Assembly: GCA_965248835.1 (NCBI GenBank)
Contig: CBDFLJ010000002.1
Span: 2,240,001 to 2,304,000, forward strand
Length of the DNA: 64,000 nucleotides
Source of the DNA: Alphaproteobacteria bacterium
GTDB taxonomy: Bacteria > Pseudomonadota > Alphaproteobacteria > MPNO01
Direction of reading: 5' to 3'
A program made the translations under genes and the position numbers. Shown here one piece after another: positions 21,240 to 30,964 of the stretch (the stretch's first letter is position 1; every line of letters begins with the position of its first letter). The notes beneath the pieces were generated by a model. It was not told where the DNA came from, did no database searches, and saw nothing but the letters and a program-made list of their open reading frames with translations.

Positions 21240-22208
21240 CTACATCTTCAAGAGCCTCTCGGCATTGCCGTGGAGAATCTTGGCTTTGTCTTCGGCGTTG
21301 AGCATCAGCCGTTCCATCCATTGGGGGCCGGGCGCGTTGGGCACGAAAGGATAGTCGATGGCGAACAGGATGCGGTCGATGCCCATCTCCTGAATGCAGC
21401 ACCACACGGCCGGATCGGAAAAGAAGCCGCTGGTAGTGATGTGGAAATGGGAGGAGAACAGATCGCGGAAAGCGACGCCGTCGTTTCCCGGCCGGTTGAG
21501 CGCCAGATCGATGCGCCACATGAGGAACGGCAACGTTTCGCCCAGATGGCCCAGGATGATCTTGGTCCCCGGATACTTCTCCAGCACGCCGGACAGAACG
21601 ATGCGGATGGCCGCGGTCGCCGTTTCCACGGTGAAACCCCAGCCTGCGTTCCTAACGCCGGGAAATTTGTCGACATAGTCCTTGAGATAGAGGTCGACGA
21701 AGCCCGGATGGGGATTGGCCGGATGGATGTAGAGCGGCACGTCGAGCGTCTGGGCGCGTTCGTATATGGGCCAGAACCTCCGGTCGTCGAAAAATGTATC
21801 GCTGCCGGTAAGCCCGTGGATCATGGCTCCCTTGAAGCTCAGCTTGTCGACGCAGCGCTCCAATTCGTCCGCTGACGCGACCGGATCTGCCGTAGGCAGG
21901 GCGGCGAAGGCGGCAAACCAGTCGGGGTGGCTCCGGCAGGTTTCGTAGAGCCTGTCGTTGGCCGCTCTGGCCACTCTGACGCCGGTTTCGGCGTCCAGTT
22001 TCTGGGCCGAGGGCGCGCCGTGGGAGAGGACCTGGACGTCGATGCCCGCTTCGTCCATGGACTTTATGCGCCTTTCGCCGACGTCCTCCAAACTCACGCG
22101 CACGAAGCCGCCGGTCGTGGCGTCGACACCGGTGAAATGGGCGGCCATCTCCGGATCGTAGTAGTGCTCTTCGATGGCGATGACCTTCTGGCCGTTCAGG
22201 ATGGTCAT
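21240..22208 (-). CDS. Amidohydrolase_2 family protein (hydroxybenzoate decarboxylase-like)
   Basis: IAIEEH, MDEAGID.QVLS, YIHP, GHLGE, TTSG, FAIDYPF. Confidence 0.9.
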   Translation of the reverse strand: MTILNGQKVIAIEEHYYDPEMAAHFTGVDATTGGFVRVSLEDVGERRIKSMDEAGIDVQVLSHGAPSAQKLDAETGVRVARAANDRLYETCRSHPDWFAAFAALPTADPVASADELERCVDKLSFKGAMIHGLTGSDTFFDDRRFWPIYERAQTLDVPLYIHPANPHPGFVDLYLKDYVDKFPGVRNAGWGFTVETATAAIRIVLSGVLEKYPGTKIILGHLGETLPFLMWRIDLALNRPGNDGVAFRDLFSSHFHITTSGFFSDPAVWCCIQEMGIDRILFAIDYPFVPNAPGPQWMERLMLNAEDKAKILHGNAERLLKM

Positions 22209-22479
22209 GTTCTCTCCCTCACTGGGCGTATCGCGGTGTTTCACGACACCGTTGCGTCACCACGATACAGGGGCGCTCGACATTGACAATCGCAATCCGC
22301 CGGTCAGCTTGACCGACCTGTTCGACGGCCACGCCGGCCACCGTCGTCGAGGAGGCGGACTGATGAAGCGGAAAGCTGCACCCCGCATCCATTGCTTCCG
22401 CGGACTACGGGGACAACCTGCCGGCGCCGATCCCGCGGCCCCGCGGGACGCGATGTCGCGCGCGGATGCCAAACATCGG

Positions 22480-22850
22480 CTATGTGCGTCCGAGGCGTCT
22501 TTTCATCGTCGTTTCGTAGACGAAAACCGCCAATGCCAGGCCGATCCCGAGAATATCGATCATGAAGCCGCCCTCGAAGGCGCCGGCCGGGACAAGCATC
22601 ATCAGGCCGACGGCGACGCAGCAGATCCGCATCCAGGGCTTCAGCGGCCGGGTGAGATAGCCGATCACGCCGAAGCACGCGAACCACACGCCCGCCACCG
22701 CGGTGACCGCGGCCCAAGCCACATCGATCGCCGAGCCGGTCATCAATAACGACGGCGCGGCGATGAACAGGAAAGGGATGACGAATGCGGTCCAGCCGAA
22801 CTTGACCGCGGCGAATCCGGTGCGCATCGCGTCGGCGCCGGCGAGGCGGA
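22480..22850 (-). pseudogene. TRAP fused permease C-terminal fragment
   Basis: LAGADAMRTGFAAVKFGW..FVIPFLF..P.LL, paralogous to 1-422; truncated by IS110 remnant. Confidence 0.75.
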
Positions 22851-23595
22851 CGGTCCGCGACACCAGAGCCGAGCACGACCGGCTCATCGAGCTCCTCGGC
22901 GCCTATGGCAGGCCGGTGGTCTGCGCGTTCGAAGCGACCGGCAACCCGGCGCGAGACGCTGAACAACAGCTGGGACAAGAACGATCCGCGCGACGCTCAG
23001 GTCCTCTTGCATATGCTGAGGATCGGTGCCACCCAGCACTATCACGATCCTCTGCCACGATCCTCTGCCACGATCCTCTGCGCGCCGACATCGACGACGT
23101 CCAGGAGCTGACCGAGACTCACGAAGCGATCTCGCGCGCCAAGACGGCGATCCAGCATCGCATCCTGACACACTACCTGCCGCTGTACTTCCCGGAGGTC
23201 GAGCGGTTCAGGGGCAACAGCCGGAGCGACTGGTTCTTCGCCTTTCTGGAGCAGTTCCCGACCCCGGAGAGCATCACCGCCCTGAGCCGGGAGACATTCA
23301 TCGCCGAGGCCGGCGACCTGCGGCGCTTCGGCCATCACCGCCAGTTCCTCGAGTTCTGCGGCCTCGATCTCGCCACCTGGCAATCAGGCCTGTTCCGCGG
23401 CCAGACCGAGCTGCCCAAGTACGACAATGCGAGACTGCGACGGACGCTCTGGCTCGCCGGTCAGGTCGCCATCCGTCAACGCGACAACGGCTTTCGCGAC
23501 AAGTTCGAGCGCTATATCGCCCGCGATCGGCACAACGCCGATCTCAGGCGCAAGGCGCTGACCGCTATCACCGCCTGGATGGCGCGCGTGGTTCT
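22850..23595 (+). mobile_element. IS110-family transposase remnant with multiple deletions
   Basis: FEATGN, WDKNDPRDA, AEAGDLRRF..RQFL.FCG.D...QSG, N.RLR..LW. Confidence 0.8.
23043..23081 (+). repeat. 13-bp tandem repeat x3 (CACGATCCTCTGC)
   Basis: Three exact consecutive copies. Confidence 0.95.
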
Positions 23596-23833
23596 GCATA
23601 ATCTGGTTGTTGCGACCGAATCAGACTTGATGAAAGCGGACCCCGGCGGACGTGGCGCGGGCGCCATGTACAACACCGAAGTTCCTGCGTTACCTTCGCC
23701 CCCCAGGGTTGCCGGCTCTGTCTACCGACCCCCTGCTATGCGCTCGCGAGCTGCGCCAGCGGGTTGGCCGCGCAGCCCCGACACAGGATCGATCGCTTTT
23801 TTTAGGAGCAATGACCTCTAGGAGCAATGACCC

Positions 23834-24694
23834 ATGGCGACAATCAGCGACGTTTCAATCATCGATTCGAACACTGCCGAGCCCAAGCCCGTCGAATCTG
23901 GACTTGAAAGGACGATCTGCGGCCAGAGTCTGTGTGGTTCGAAGACCCTGACCGTCTACCGACGAACAGTGTTGGAAGGTCGCCGGTTCGAGCCCCAGGC
24001 AAGCGACGACTATCACCTCGTTTACGTCATGGCGGCGCCGAAAGAGGGCCTCATCAGCTTCAACGACGAGTCGCACGCAGCCGAGGAAGGCGCCGGCGTG
24101 CTGCTCGCTCCGGGCGAATCGGCGCGGTTCGAAGCGTCCGGGTCGGATCTGGAGCTGCTGCACATGGTGGCGCCCAAGCCGCCCGCCGCCGTCGAAGACG
24201 GGTTGCCCGGGGGGCCGGGATATTTTTTCAATCGGAAGACGCTCCGCGCGCTCAGTGACGCCAGCGGCGGCCGGGTTCGTCGATTCTGCGCCGAGTCCAC
24301 CGTCAGGTTTCCCGATGGCAGCAGGCTCACGCCGACCAACGCGATTCAGGCTGGCGAGATGCACTATCACGAGGGCGGCTCGTCACCCTATCATGCGCAT
24401 GTAGGCACCGGCGCCAACCCCGACGGTGCCGCTCACTGCTACATGACTTTCAAGGGCCGTGGCGTGGTCGAAGTCGGGGATACTTCCCAGGAACTCGATC
24501 CCGGCACGCTGGTTTATTTCCCCCCGGGCGTGCCGCATCGGCTTCGCGCCCACGGCGGTCCGCTCGACTACTTCGAGATCCAGGCTTGGAGGAGCTTCAA
24601 GACGAACGTACTCAGCGAGGAGGCGCTGGGGCTCAAGTGGTACTACGAACCCGAGACGCCGGATGCCGCGCCGGTGGAGTGGGACCAGAGCTGA
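23834..24694 (+). CDS. Cupin-domain (bicupin-like) protein
   Basis: YHAH...G.G....G..VYFPPGVPH; N-terminal cupin-like half; RBS GGAG. Confidence 0.8.
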   Translation: MATISDVSIIDSNTAEPKPVESGLERTICGQSLCGSKTLTVYRRTVLEGRRFEPQASDDYHLVYVMAAPKEGLISFNDESHAAEEGAGVLLAPGESARFEASGSDLELLHMVAPKPPAAVEDGLPGGPGYFFNRKTLRALSDASGGRVRRFCAESTVRFPDGSRLTPTNAIQAGEMHYHEGGSSPYHAHVGTGANPDGAAHCYMTFKGRGVVEVGDTSQELDPGTLVYFPPGVPHRLRAHGGPLDYFEIQAWRSFKTNVLSEEALGLKWYYEPETPDAAPVEWDQS

Positions 24695-24735
24695 TCCCCG
24701 CAAGCTTGAACGGCTCCGGTTAGCAACCCGGCCGC

Positions 24736-25455
24736 TCAGATCTCGGTCACGCCGGCGCGCTCGCAGAGATACTCCCACGTGCGATCGTGACCGCGCATCG
24801 TGCGCTGGCCGGTCTCGTTCACGAAATCGATCTGGCCTTGGGTCAGATATTTGATCGGCCCGAGCTTCAGCCCATCGAGAATCGCAATCGCGTTGCGTTT
24901 CATCGCCAGCGCGATACCCACGGCGTTAGGAATCGTCGCGCCGGCCACGGTCGCGCCGTGAGCTCGCATGATCACCGCCCGGCCCCGACTGAGCACGGCG
25001 GAAAGGTCCTGGCCTTGATCGTTGGTCGTGACCAGGAAGTCGGTGTCTCCGAATTTGTCGGTGATATCCCAAACCGGCACCGGCCCGCCGATGACCCGCG
25101 CGTTGTGGGTTGCCGGCCGCATCTCGCTTCCAGTGACGGCGAATGGAAGGACTTCCTGGCAGTGGTGGTGGATCACCGACTGCACGTCCGGCCGTGCTTG
25201 AAAGGTCATGCCGTGTATCGGCCGCTCGATATAGAGCGGCGTATCGGTGGGCTTGACCGGCGTGTTGTCGAGGTTGAACTCGACGAGATCATCCATCGTC
25301 ACCAAGCTGGGACTGCGCGAGCGCGACAGGAAGTAGGTGTCGGGATTCTCCGGGTTGCGGAAGCTGATGTGGCCCCATGCGTCGACGATCCCCTCATTCG
25401 CGAGGATGCGGTTCGCACTGACGAGGTCACGTTTTAGGTCATCCAGAACACTCAT
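24736..25455 (-). CDS. Class II aldolase/adducin family protein (intact copy)
   Basis: ANRILA..G..DAWGHIS.R, ER.IH...ARPDV.SVIHHH, MRAHGA; RBS AGGAG. Confidence 0.92.
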   Translation of the reverse strand: MSVLDDLKRDLVSANRILANEGIVDAWGHISFRNPENPDTYFLSRSRSPSLVTMDDLVEFNLDNTPVKPTDTPLYIERPIHGMTFQARPDVQSVIHHHCQEVLPFAVTGSEMRPATHNARVIGGPVPVWDITDKFGDTDFLVTTNDQGQDLSAVLSRGRAVIMRAHGATVAGATIPNAVGIALAMKRNAIAILDGLKLGPIKYLTQGQIDFVNETGQRTMRGHDRTWEYLCERAGVTEI

Positions 25456-25471
25456 GGACGTTCTCCTGGGG

Positions 25472-25730
25472 TGACCGGCCCCCCACCGACTGGTCCGGGT
25501 TGAATGTTAGTGCATCGACGGTTTCTCCGCCAAGCCGGCCGGCGGAGCGCAGCAGGACCGCGATCCGGCGATAGCCGTAACGGCGGGCCAGCGCGATCAT
25601 GTCCGCAACCAGGCGGTCCTCGTCGTCTCGTCCGCGGGGGATATGGCGCTGGGTCGAGCGGTGCTGCCCGAGCACCCGGCAGGCGCGGCGCTCCGAGATC
25701 CCCAGCCGGCCACGGACATGCCAGCCGCTC
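25472..25730 (-). mobile_element. IS3-family remnant (right end plus orfB fragment)
   Basis: ..GGGGGCCGGTCA end; LGQHRSTQR, DEDRL.ADMI.LARRYGYRRI. Confidence 0.8.
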
Positions 25731-25854
25731 CATCTGGCGGGTATTCCATCGGCGCAGCCTATCTCATCGAAAACGGAGTGATTCTTTGGGTTAACGCGCC
25801 TTCGCCGAATACGTTCCCTCGTGGCATGTGATTTGTCATAGGAGAGGAAGCATC

Positions 25855-26376
25855 ATGGACCGCGTGGGCGGCTATTCGTCGCTATCGATCGTTCTTCACT
25901 GGCTTGCGGCGATCTTCGTCGTCGCGTTGTTCTTGACCCACGATGGGGAGCGCGGCAGCTCGGCCTATGTCATTCACGTGAGCGGCGGCGCCATCGCCGG
26001 CGTCTTTCTGCTGTGGCGTGTGTGGCATCGCGCAAGAGGCGGCATGGCCGCTTTGCCGGATCAGGCATTCCTGCTCAATGCCGCCGCGCGGGTGGTGCAG
26101 TGGGGGTTTCTGGTGGCCATCGTCGTCGCGGTGATTACCGGCTACCTGTTGCCCTGGTCGCAGGGCCGCCCGTTGGACGTATTCGGTGTGGCCATTCCCT
26201 CACCGATGACGGCAAGCCGACCCTTTCACGAGCTCATGGACGAGGTGCACGATGTCTCCGGACATCTGTTCATACCTCTGCTTGCCCTGCATATTCTGGG
26301 AGCGGCCAAACACGCAATTTTCGATAAGGGCGGCATCGCCCGTCGCATGTTCAAGCCCACAAGCGGCGGTCGTTGA
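25855..26376 (+). CDS. Cytochrome b561 family protein (copy 1)
   Basis: YS..SI.LHW, H.S.G, EVH, LHI.GA.KH; four TM segments; RBS GGAGAGG. Confidence 0.88.
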   Translation: MDRVGGYSSLSIVLHWLAAIFVVALFLTHDGERGSSAYVIHVSGGAIAGVFLLWRVWHRARGGMAALPDQAFLLNAAARVVQWGFLVAIVVAVITGYLLPWSQGRPLDVFGVAIPSPMTASRPFHELMDEVHDVSGHLFIPLLALHILGAAKHAIFDKGGIARRMFKPTSGGR

Positions 26377-26529
26377 TTTTCGATGCGGCCGACACCGCAT
26401 TTGATGTCGAACCGAAGTTGCCGCGCTCCTCCGACATCCGAACGATCCGCATACAGCCCGCTACGGCTACGAGCGGCCAGGCGGGCCAGCTGACGGAAAA
26501 AGATCGATGCGTTTCTCCTCGACGGAGGC

Positions 26530-26655
26530 TTACTTCCCAATAGCTTCCCAACAGACCCAGCGTCAACCGGACGGAAAAACGAAACCCCTGAAAACGTTTT
26601 TGTTTTCAGGACTTTATTCTGGTTGCGGGGGCTTGCAATGGCCGAGACCGACACT
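26530..26655. other. Putative att-like site: CTTCCCAA direct repeats, CCTGAAAAC/GTTTTCAGG inverted repeat, tRNA-fMet 3'-end-like core TGGTTGCGGGGGC
   Basis: AT-rich patch; 26620-26632 is the reverse complement of GCCCCCGCAACCA. Confidence 0.55.
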
Positions 26656-26729
26656 TCCTTGTGACCCCCATCTGATCGACCGTGACGTCGGCTCGCCGAC
26701 GCGGAGCGGAGCGCCGGCCGCTACGAAGG

Positions 26730-28310
26730 TCAGGGGTAGGGGCGGTATGCCCACGAGCCGCGCGGGCGAGAGTGGGCGGGCTCGGCCCTGAACACGCGCG
26801 TCTTGACTTCCACGGCGTCTTTTTCGCGATAGCGCAGGCCGGTTTCCAGGACCACCATCGCATTGGCGGCGAGTCGGGCGGGCGGCAGCCTGCGGTACAC
26901 CGGTTGCCCGTTGATCTTGGCCTCGACGCGGACCGCAACGTCCTGGAGAGCGTGAGCTGTCGAATTCTTCACTTCGACGATGACACGGCCATCCTCGAAG
27001 AAGGGCTCCGCGACCACGTATCGCCACGGAGCGTCGACGATGTCCAGCATGACGTAGTCCCTTCGGGCGGCGGCGGCGATGTCGCCGCCTGCGCTGCTCA
27101 CGGTCTCGAAGAGACGCTTGGCATAGGCCTGGTTGCCGTCGGCCAGCACGATGCTGCCCAGCGCATAGGTGGCCAAGGCGGTGGGCAGCAATCTGTTGCT
27201 CCGTTCGAGGTCGCTCCGCGCCGGCGACCGTTGGTGGAGGGCGTCGTAGGCGAGACCACGGCCCAGGAAATGTTCGTAGTAGGCCGAGTCGCGCTCGATA
27301 GCCGCGTCGTATGCCCGCACGGCTTGGCGGTAACGTCCCTGGCGGGCGAGAATTTGTCCCCTGATGCCGTGGAACGATGGCTCCCGCGGCTCCTGTTCTA
27401 TCGCGTCCTCGATGGCGCGGAGAGCGGCCTCGGGGCTTGTGTCGAGTTGCTCCCGGGCGCGGTCGGCCTTGTCGTACGCGGGCTGGCGGGCGCGGAGATA
27501 CGCAAGCCGTTCGCGGTAGCGCTCGCGTCCGAGATCGCCGTCGGCAGGAAACTCGATGAGCGCCGCGCGGTTGTTTGCTAAGCGTTCGGCCGATGGCGGA
27601 TGGCTCGCAAACAGGCCCGTGAGCCAGCCGCCCTCACGGCCCTTGGCCAGAGCGACGAACTTTTCCTGCAGCGACACCGCGGCGCCCGTGTGGTAGCCCG
27701 CGGCGCGCATGTACTTCATGCCGTGGTAATCCGCCGTGCGTTCGGCCTTGCGGCTGTATCCCTGGTTGATGAGGTGAAACGCCACCTCGCCGGCGCCGAC
27801 GACGTAATTGGTGTACTTGTAGTCCTTGCCGGCAAGCTGGACGCCGAGCGTGGCCAGCTCAAATATCAGATTGCGGTTCATGACCTGGGCGCCGTGCCGC
27901 GCGGCGGCGTGCACGATTTCGTGGCCAAGCACGGCGGCGAGTTCGGCTTCGTTCTCCAATTCCGCCAGCAGGCCGCGGTTGATCGCGATCTTGCCGCCGG
28001 GCAACGCCCAGGCGTTGGGCGTGCTGTTGTTCAGGACAACAAACTCATAGGGCAACACCCTGTCGCTTACGCTCGCCATTCGCCTGCCGACGGACGCGAC
28101 GTATCCGGAGAGCGCGGGATCCGCCGTGTACCGCCCGCCTTGGGCTTGCTGCAACGGCTGGTAATGGTTTGCGCCCGTTTCGATCTCGTAGCCCGTGGAG
28201 AAGAGCACGAGTTCCTTCTCGCCCGTGACCGGATTGGCGGAGCAGCCGGCAATGACCAACAGCACCACGAACAAGGCGGGCAACCTTGCCGTGTTCCGGC
28301 ACCCGAGCAT
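26730..28310 (-). CDS. M48-family metalloprotease lipoprotein with TPR repeats
   Basis: Lipobox IAGC, NA.ALPGG, HEIVH zinc motif, YSR..E..AD, SHP; C-terminal TPR-like helices. Confidence 0.9.
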   Translation of the reverse strand: MLGCRNTARLPALFVVLLVIAGCSANPVTGEKELVLFSTGYEIETGANHYQPLQQAQGGRYTADPALSGYVASVGRRMASVSDRVLPYEFVVLNNSTPNAWALPGGKIAINRGLLAELENEAELAAVLGHEIVHAAARHGAQVMNRNLIFELATLGVQLAGKDYKYTNYVVGAGEVAFHLINQGYSRKAERTADYHGMKYMRAAGYHTGAAVSLQEKFVALAKGREGGWLTGLFASHPPSAERLANNRAALIEFPADGDLGRERYRERLAYLRARQPAYDKADRAREQLDTSPEAALRAIEDAIEQEPREPSFHGIRGQILARQGRYRQAVRAYDAAIERDSAYYEHFLGRGLAYDALHQRSPARSDLERSNRLLPTALATYALGSIVLADGNQAYAKRLFETVSSAGGDIAAAARRDYVMLDIVDAPWRYVVAEPFFEDGRVIVEVKNSTAHALQDVAVRVEAKINGQPVYRRLPPARLAANAMVVLETGLRYREKDAVEVKTRVFRAEPAHSRPRGSWAYRPYP

Positions 28311-28444
28311 GTCCTCTCCTCGTCGATCGCGCGAAGTGTCACCGGGCGGTGATCAACCGCTGAGACCTCAGTTTATCCATCTTCGCAGCGTATGTTCCAG
28401 ACCGGCTCGACGGTTTTGCGGCGTGGCCGTGTGCTCACAGCATA

Positions 28445-29836
28445 GAGCTATGGCCAGAAGTTGGTGACGGGGTGAAGGGTTAAGGCGGCGTATCGTGGGG
28501 GTGATCGAGCCTCCACCTCTCCAACGAAGGAGTGATACGCCGTGAGCGACAATAACGTTTTGAAGCTTTCCCAGCCATCGACGTTTTCCGATCCGTTGAC
28601 CGAGGTGCTGCGCAGCGGCGCCCGGTCCCTGCTGGCGCGGGCGGTCGAGGCGGAGGTTGCCGCGTTCCTTGATGGCCACTCCGAGGCGCGCACCGAAGAA
28701 GGCCGCCGACGGCTGGTGCGCCACGGCCACCTGCCCGAACGCGAGATCATGACCGGCATCGGCCCGGTTGCGGTTCGCGCGCCACGCGTTCGCGACCGCA
28801 CGGGCCTGGGCGCCGACCGCATCCGGTTCAGCTCCGCGCTCCTGCCGCCTTATGCGCGGCGCTCGAAGAGCCTCGAAGTCCTGATCCCCGTCCTCTACCT
28901 CAAGGGCATCTCCACGGGCGACTTCGCCGAGGCGCTGGCGGCCTTGCTCGGGCCGGACGCCGGCGGCTTGTCGGCCTCGACCGTGGCGCGGCTCACCGAG
29001 GTTTGGGCGGACGAGCACGCGCACTGGCTGAAGCGGGATCTGTCGGCCAGGCACTATGTCTACTTCTGGGCCGACGGCATCCATGTGCAGGCCCGGCTCG
29101 AGGACGATGCGCAATGCCTGCTGGTCATCATCGGCGCGACGCCGGAGGGTAAGAAGGAACTCGTAGGCCTCGTCGACGGGGTGCGCGAGAGCGCCCAATC
29201 GTGGCGCGAGCTGCTACTTGACCTCAAACGGCGCGGGCTCGCGGTCGCGCCCGAACTCGCCATCGCCGACGGCGCGCTCGGCTTCTGGAAGGCGATCGAG
29301 GAAGTGTGGCCCCGGACCCGCAGCCAGCGCTGTTGGGTGCACAAGACCGCCAACATGCTCAACAAGCTGCCCAAGAGCCAGCACTCGAAGGCAAAGCGTG
29401 CTCTCCAGGAGATCTGGATGGCCGAGACCAGGAACGACGCAGACAGCGCCTTCGACGCCTTCATCGAGACCTACGCCGTCAAGTACGACAAGGCGGCCGC
29501 ATGCCTGGTCAAGGATCGCGAGACGATGCTGGCGTTCTACGACTTTCCCGCCGAGCATTGGAAGCATCTGCGCACCACCAACCCCATCGAAAGCACATTC
29601 GCCACCGTGCGACACCGTACCGTGCGATCCAAGGGATGCCTCTCCAACAAGACGGCGCTCGCCATGGTCTTCAAACTCGCCCAGGCGGCACAGAACAGTT
29701 GGCGCCGCCTCGACGGACACAACCAGTTGCCCAAGCCGATCGTCGGCGTAAAGTTCATCGACGGAATCGAAGCCGTCAGGCAACAACCTCAAGCCGCCGC
29801 CTGACCCAAGCCGTCACCAAGATTCGGCTATAGCTC
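28445..29836 (+). mobile_element. IS256-family element, apparently intact
   Basis: 26-bp imperfect IRs (GAGCTAT..TTGGTGACGG); 9-bp target duplication CACAGCATA at 28436-28444 and 29837-29845. Confidence 0.95.
28542..29804 (+). CDS. IS256-family transposase
   Basis: YLKGISTGD, WADGI, ADGALGFW, QRCWVHK, RTTNPIESTF. Confidence 0.95.
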   Translation: MSDNNVLKLSQPSTFSDPLTEVLRSGARSLLARAVEAEVAAFLDGHSEARTEEGRRRLVRHGHLPEREIMTGIGPVAVRAPRVRDRTGLGADRIRFSSALLPPYARRSKSLEVLIPVLYLKGISTGDFAEALAALLGPDAGGLSASTVARLTEVWADEHAHWLKRDLSARHYVYFWADGIHVQARLEDDAQCLLVIIGATPEGKKELVGLVDGVRESAQSWRELLLDLKRRGLAVAPELAIADGALGFWKAIEEVWPRTRSQRCWVHKTANMLNKLPKSQHSKAKRALQEIWMAETRNDADSAFDAFIETYAVKYDKAAACLVKDRETMLAFYDFPAEHWKHLRTTNPIESTFATVRHRTVRSKGCLSNKTALAMVFKLAQAAQNSWRRLDGHNQLPKPIVGVKFIDGIEAVRQQPQAAA

Positions 29837-30234
29837 CACAGCATACGCTCGTATGCTCTATTGATTTAGCGCACTCCCGCGCGACAGGCACCGAGGCGCG
29901 GCGGGCGTATCGGACACGTCGAGAGATATCGAGTGGATCGCAGGGCTGATCGACCCACGGGCGCCGCAGCCCAACCGACCAATTAACTGCGGCAAGCGGC
30001 GGGTCTGAAACCGAGACACGACCGTTCTTCTTGACAAGCGGTTCATATGCGGCGTAAGGCGATTCGCGACGCGCCACAACTGCGACCAGATCAGACCCGC
30101 CCGGGATCACCGCGGCGGGTTTTTGATTGCCTGCCGTCAGGACGATCGCCGGAGCCGTGCGCAGCCCCGAGCGGCCCCCAAGCGACACGTGGGCAAGCGG
30201 CGCTTCGTCGTCCGGTGGAAGACCTGCACTGCGG

Positions 30235-30426
30235 GACCGTGCCGGCGGCGCGGCTGCTGATCGAGACCATGTCGGAGGCAATCCGCGCGTCGGTCTCGAA
30301 CACGTGGCCCGCCCGGTGCTCGATCCACTGTGTCCCCCAATACGCCCCGGCGCCGAGCGCAACCACGGCGACCGATGCGCGCAGGCGGAGGCGCGACCGC
30401 CGCGCGCGGCCCGGCCCCTCAGTCAT
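30235..30426 (-). pseudogene. HlyD/EmrA efflux adaptor N-terminal fragment
   Basis: TM helix then HVFETDARI..DMV.ISSR.AG.V, then homology lost; start overlaps MarR stop. Confidence 0.7.
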
Positions 30427-30877
30427 CTTTCGCGTCCAGTCGTTCGGCGTTGCGCTTGATGCATTCGAAGACATCCAGGCACGTCGCCAACTGGTCTTCG
30501 GCGATTCCGTCAAGCAGCTCCAGGCGCACGCCGTCGGCGACGCCCTGAATGCCGAGAACGCGGTTCCGGCCAACCCCGGTCAGATGGATGATCCTGCCCC
30601 GCCGATCGCCGGGCGAGACCTGGCGCTCCAGCAGCCCCTCGGATTCGAGCAGATCCAACAGACGGACCAGGCTGGGCCCTTCGATCCCGATTGCGACGGC
30701 CAAGTCCTTCTGCTGGATACCGTCGGCGGCCCGGGACACGAAAAACAGCGTCCGCCACGTCGCCTGCGAGAAACCTTCCGGGCGCAGCCTCGCATCGAGG
30801 AGACGGCGCCACTTGTGAGCCATCTCGACGAACACGAGCCCGAACGCGGCGACCAGTCGATCGCGATTGCCTGCCAT
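30419..30877 (-). CDS. MarR-family transcriptional regulator (SlyA-like)
   Basis: WR..LD.RL, QKDLA..IGIEGPSLVRLLD.LE..GL..R....DRR. Confidence 0.92.
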   Translation of the reverse strand: MAGNRDRLVAAFGLVFVEMAHKWRRLLDARLRPEGFSQATWRTLFFVSRAADGIQQKDLAVAIGIEGPSLVRLLDLLESEGLLERQVSPGDRRGRIIHLTGVGRNRVLGIQGVADGVRLELLDGIAEDQLATCLDVFECIKRNAERLDAKDD

Positions 30878-30964
30878 TAGATAAGCATCCTAATAAATAG
30901 GACACTATCAAGATCGACGCTGTCAACCGAGGTGCGGGCCGGGAAAATAGGGGGCATTGTGGTT

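Noticed and set aside
22703-23821. 372-aa ORF as a functional IS110 recombinase with a bridge RNA
   Set aside because: It lacks the N-terminal catalytic start, has several internal deletions and no identifiable ends, so no guide RNA can be supported
23802-23832. Duplicated TAGGAGCAATGACC (RBS plus ATG) before the cupin gene
   Set aside because: A simple two-copy duplication with no evidence of function
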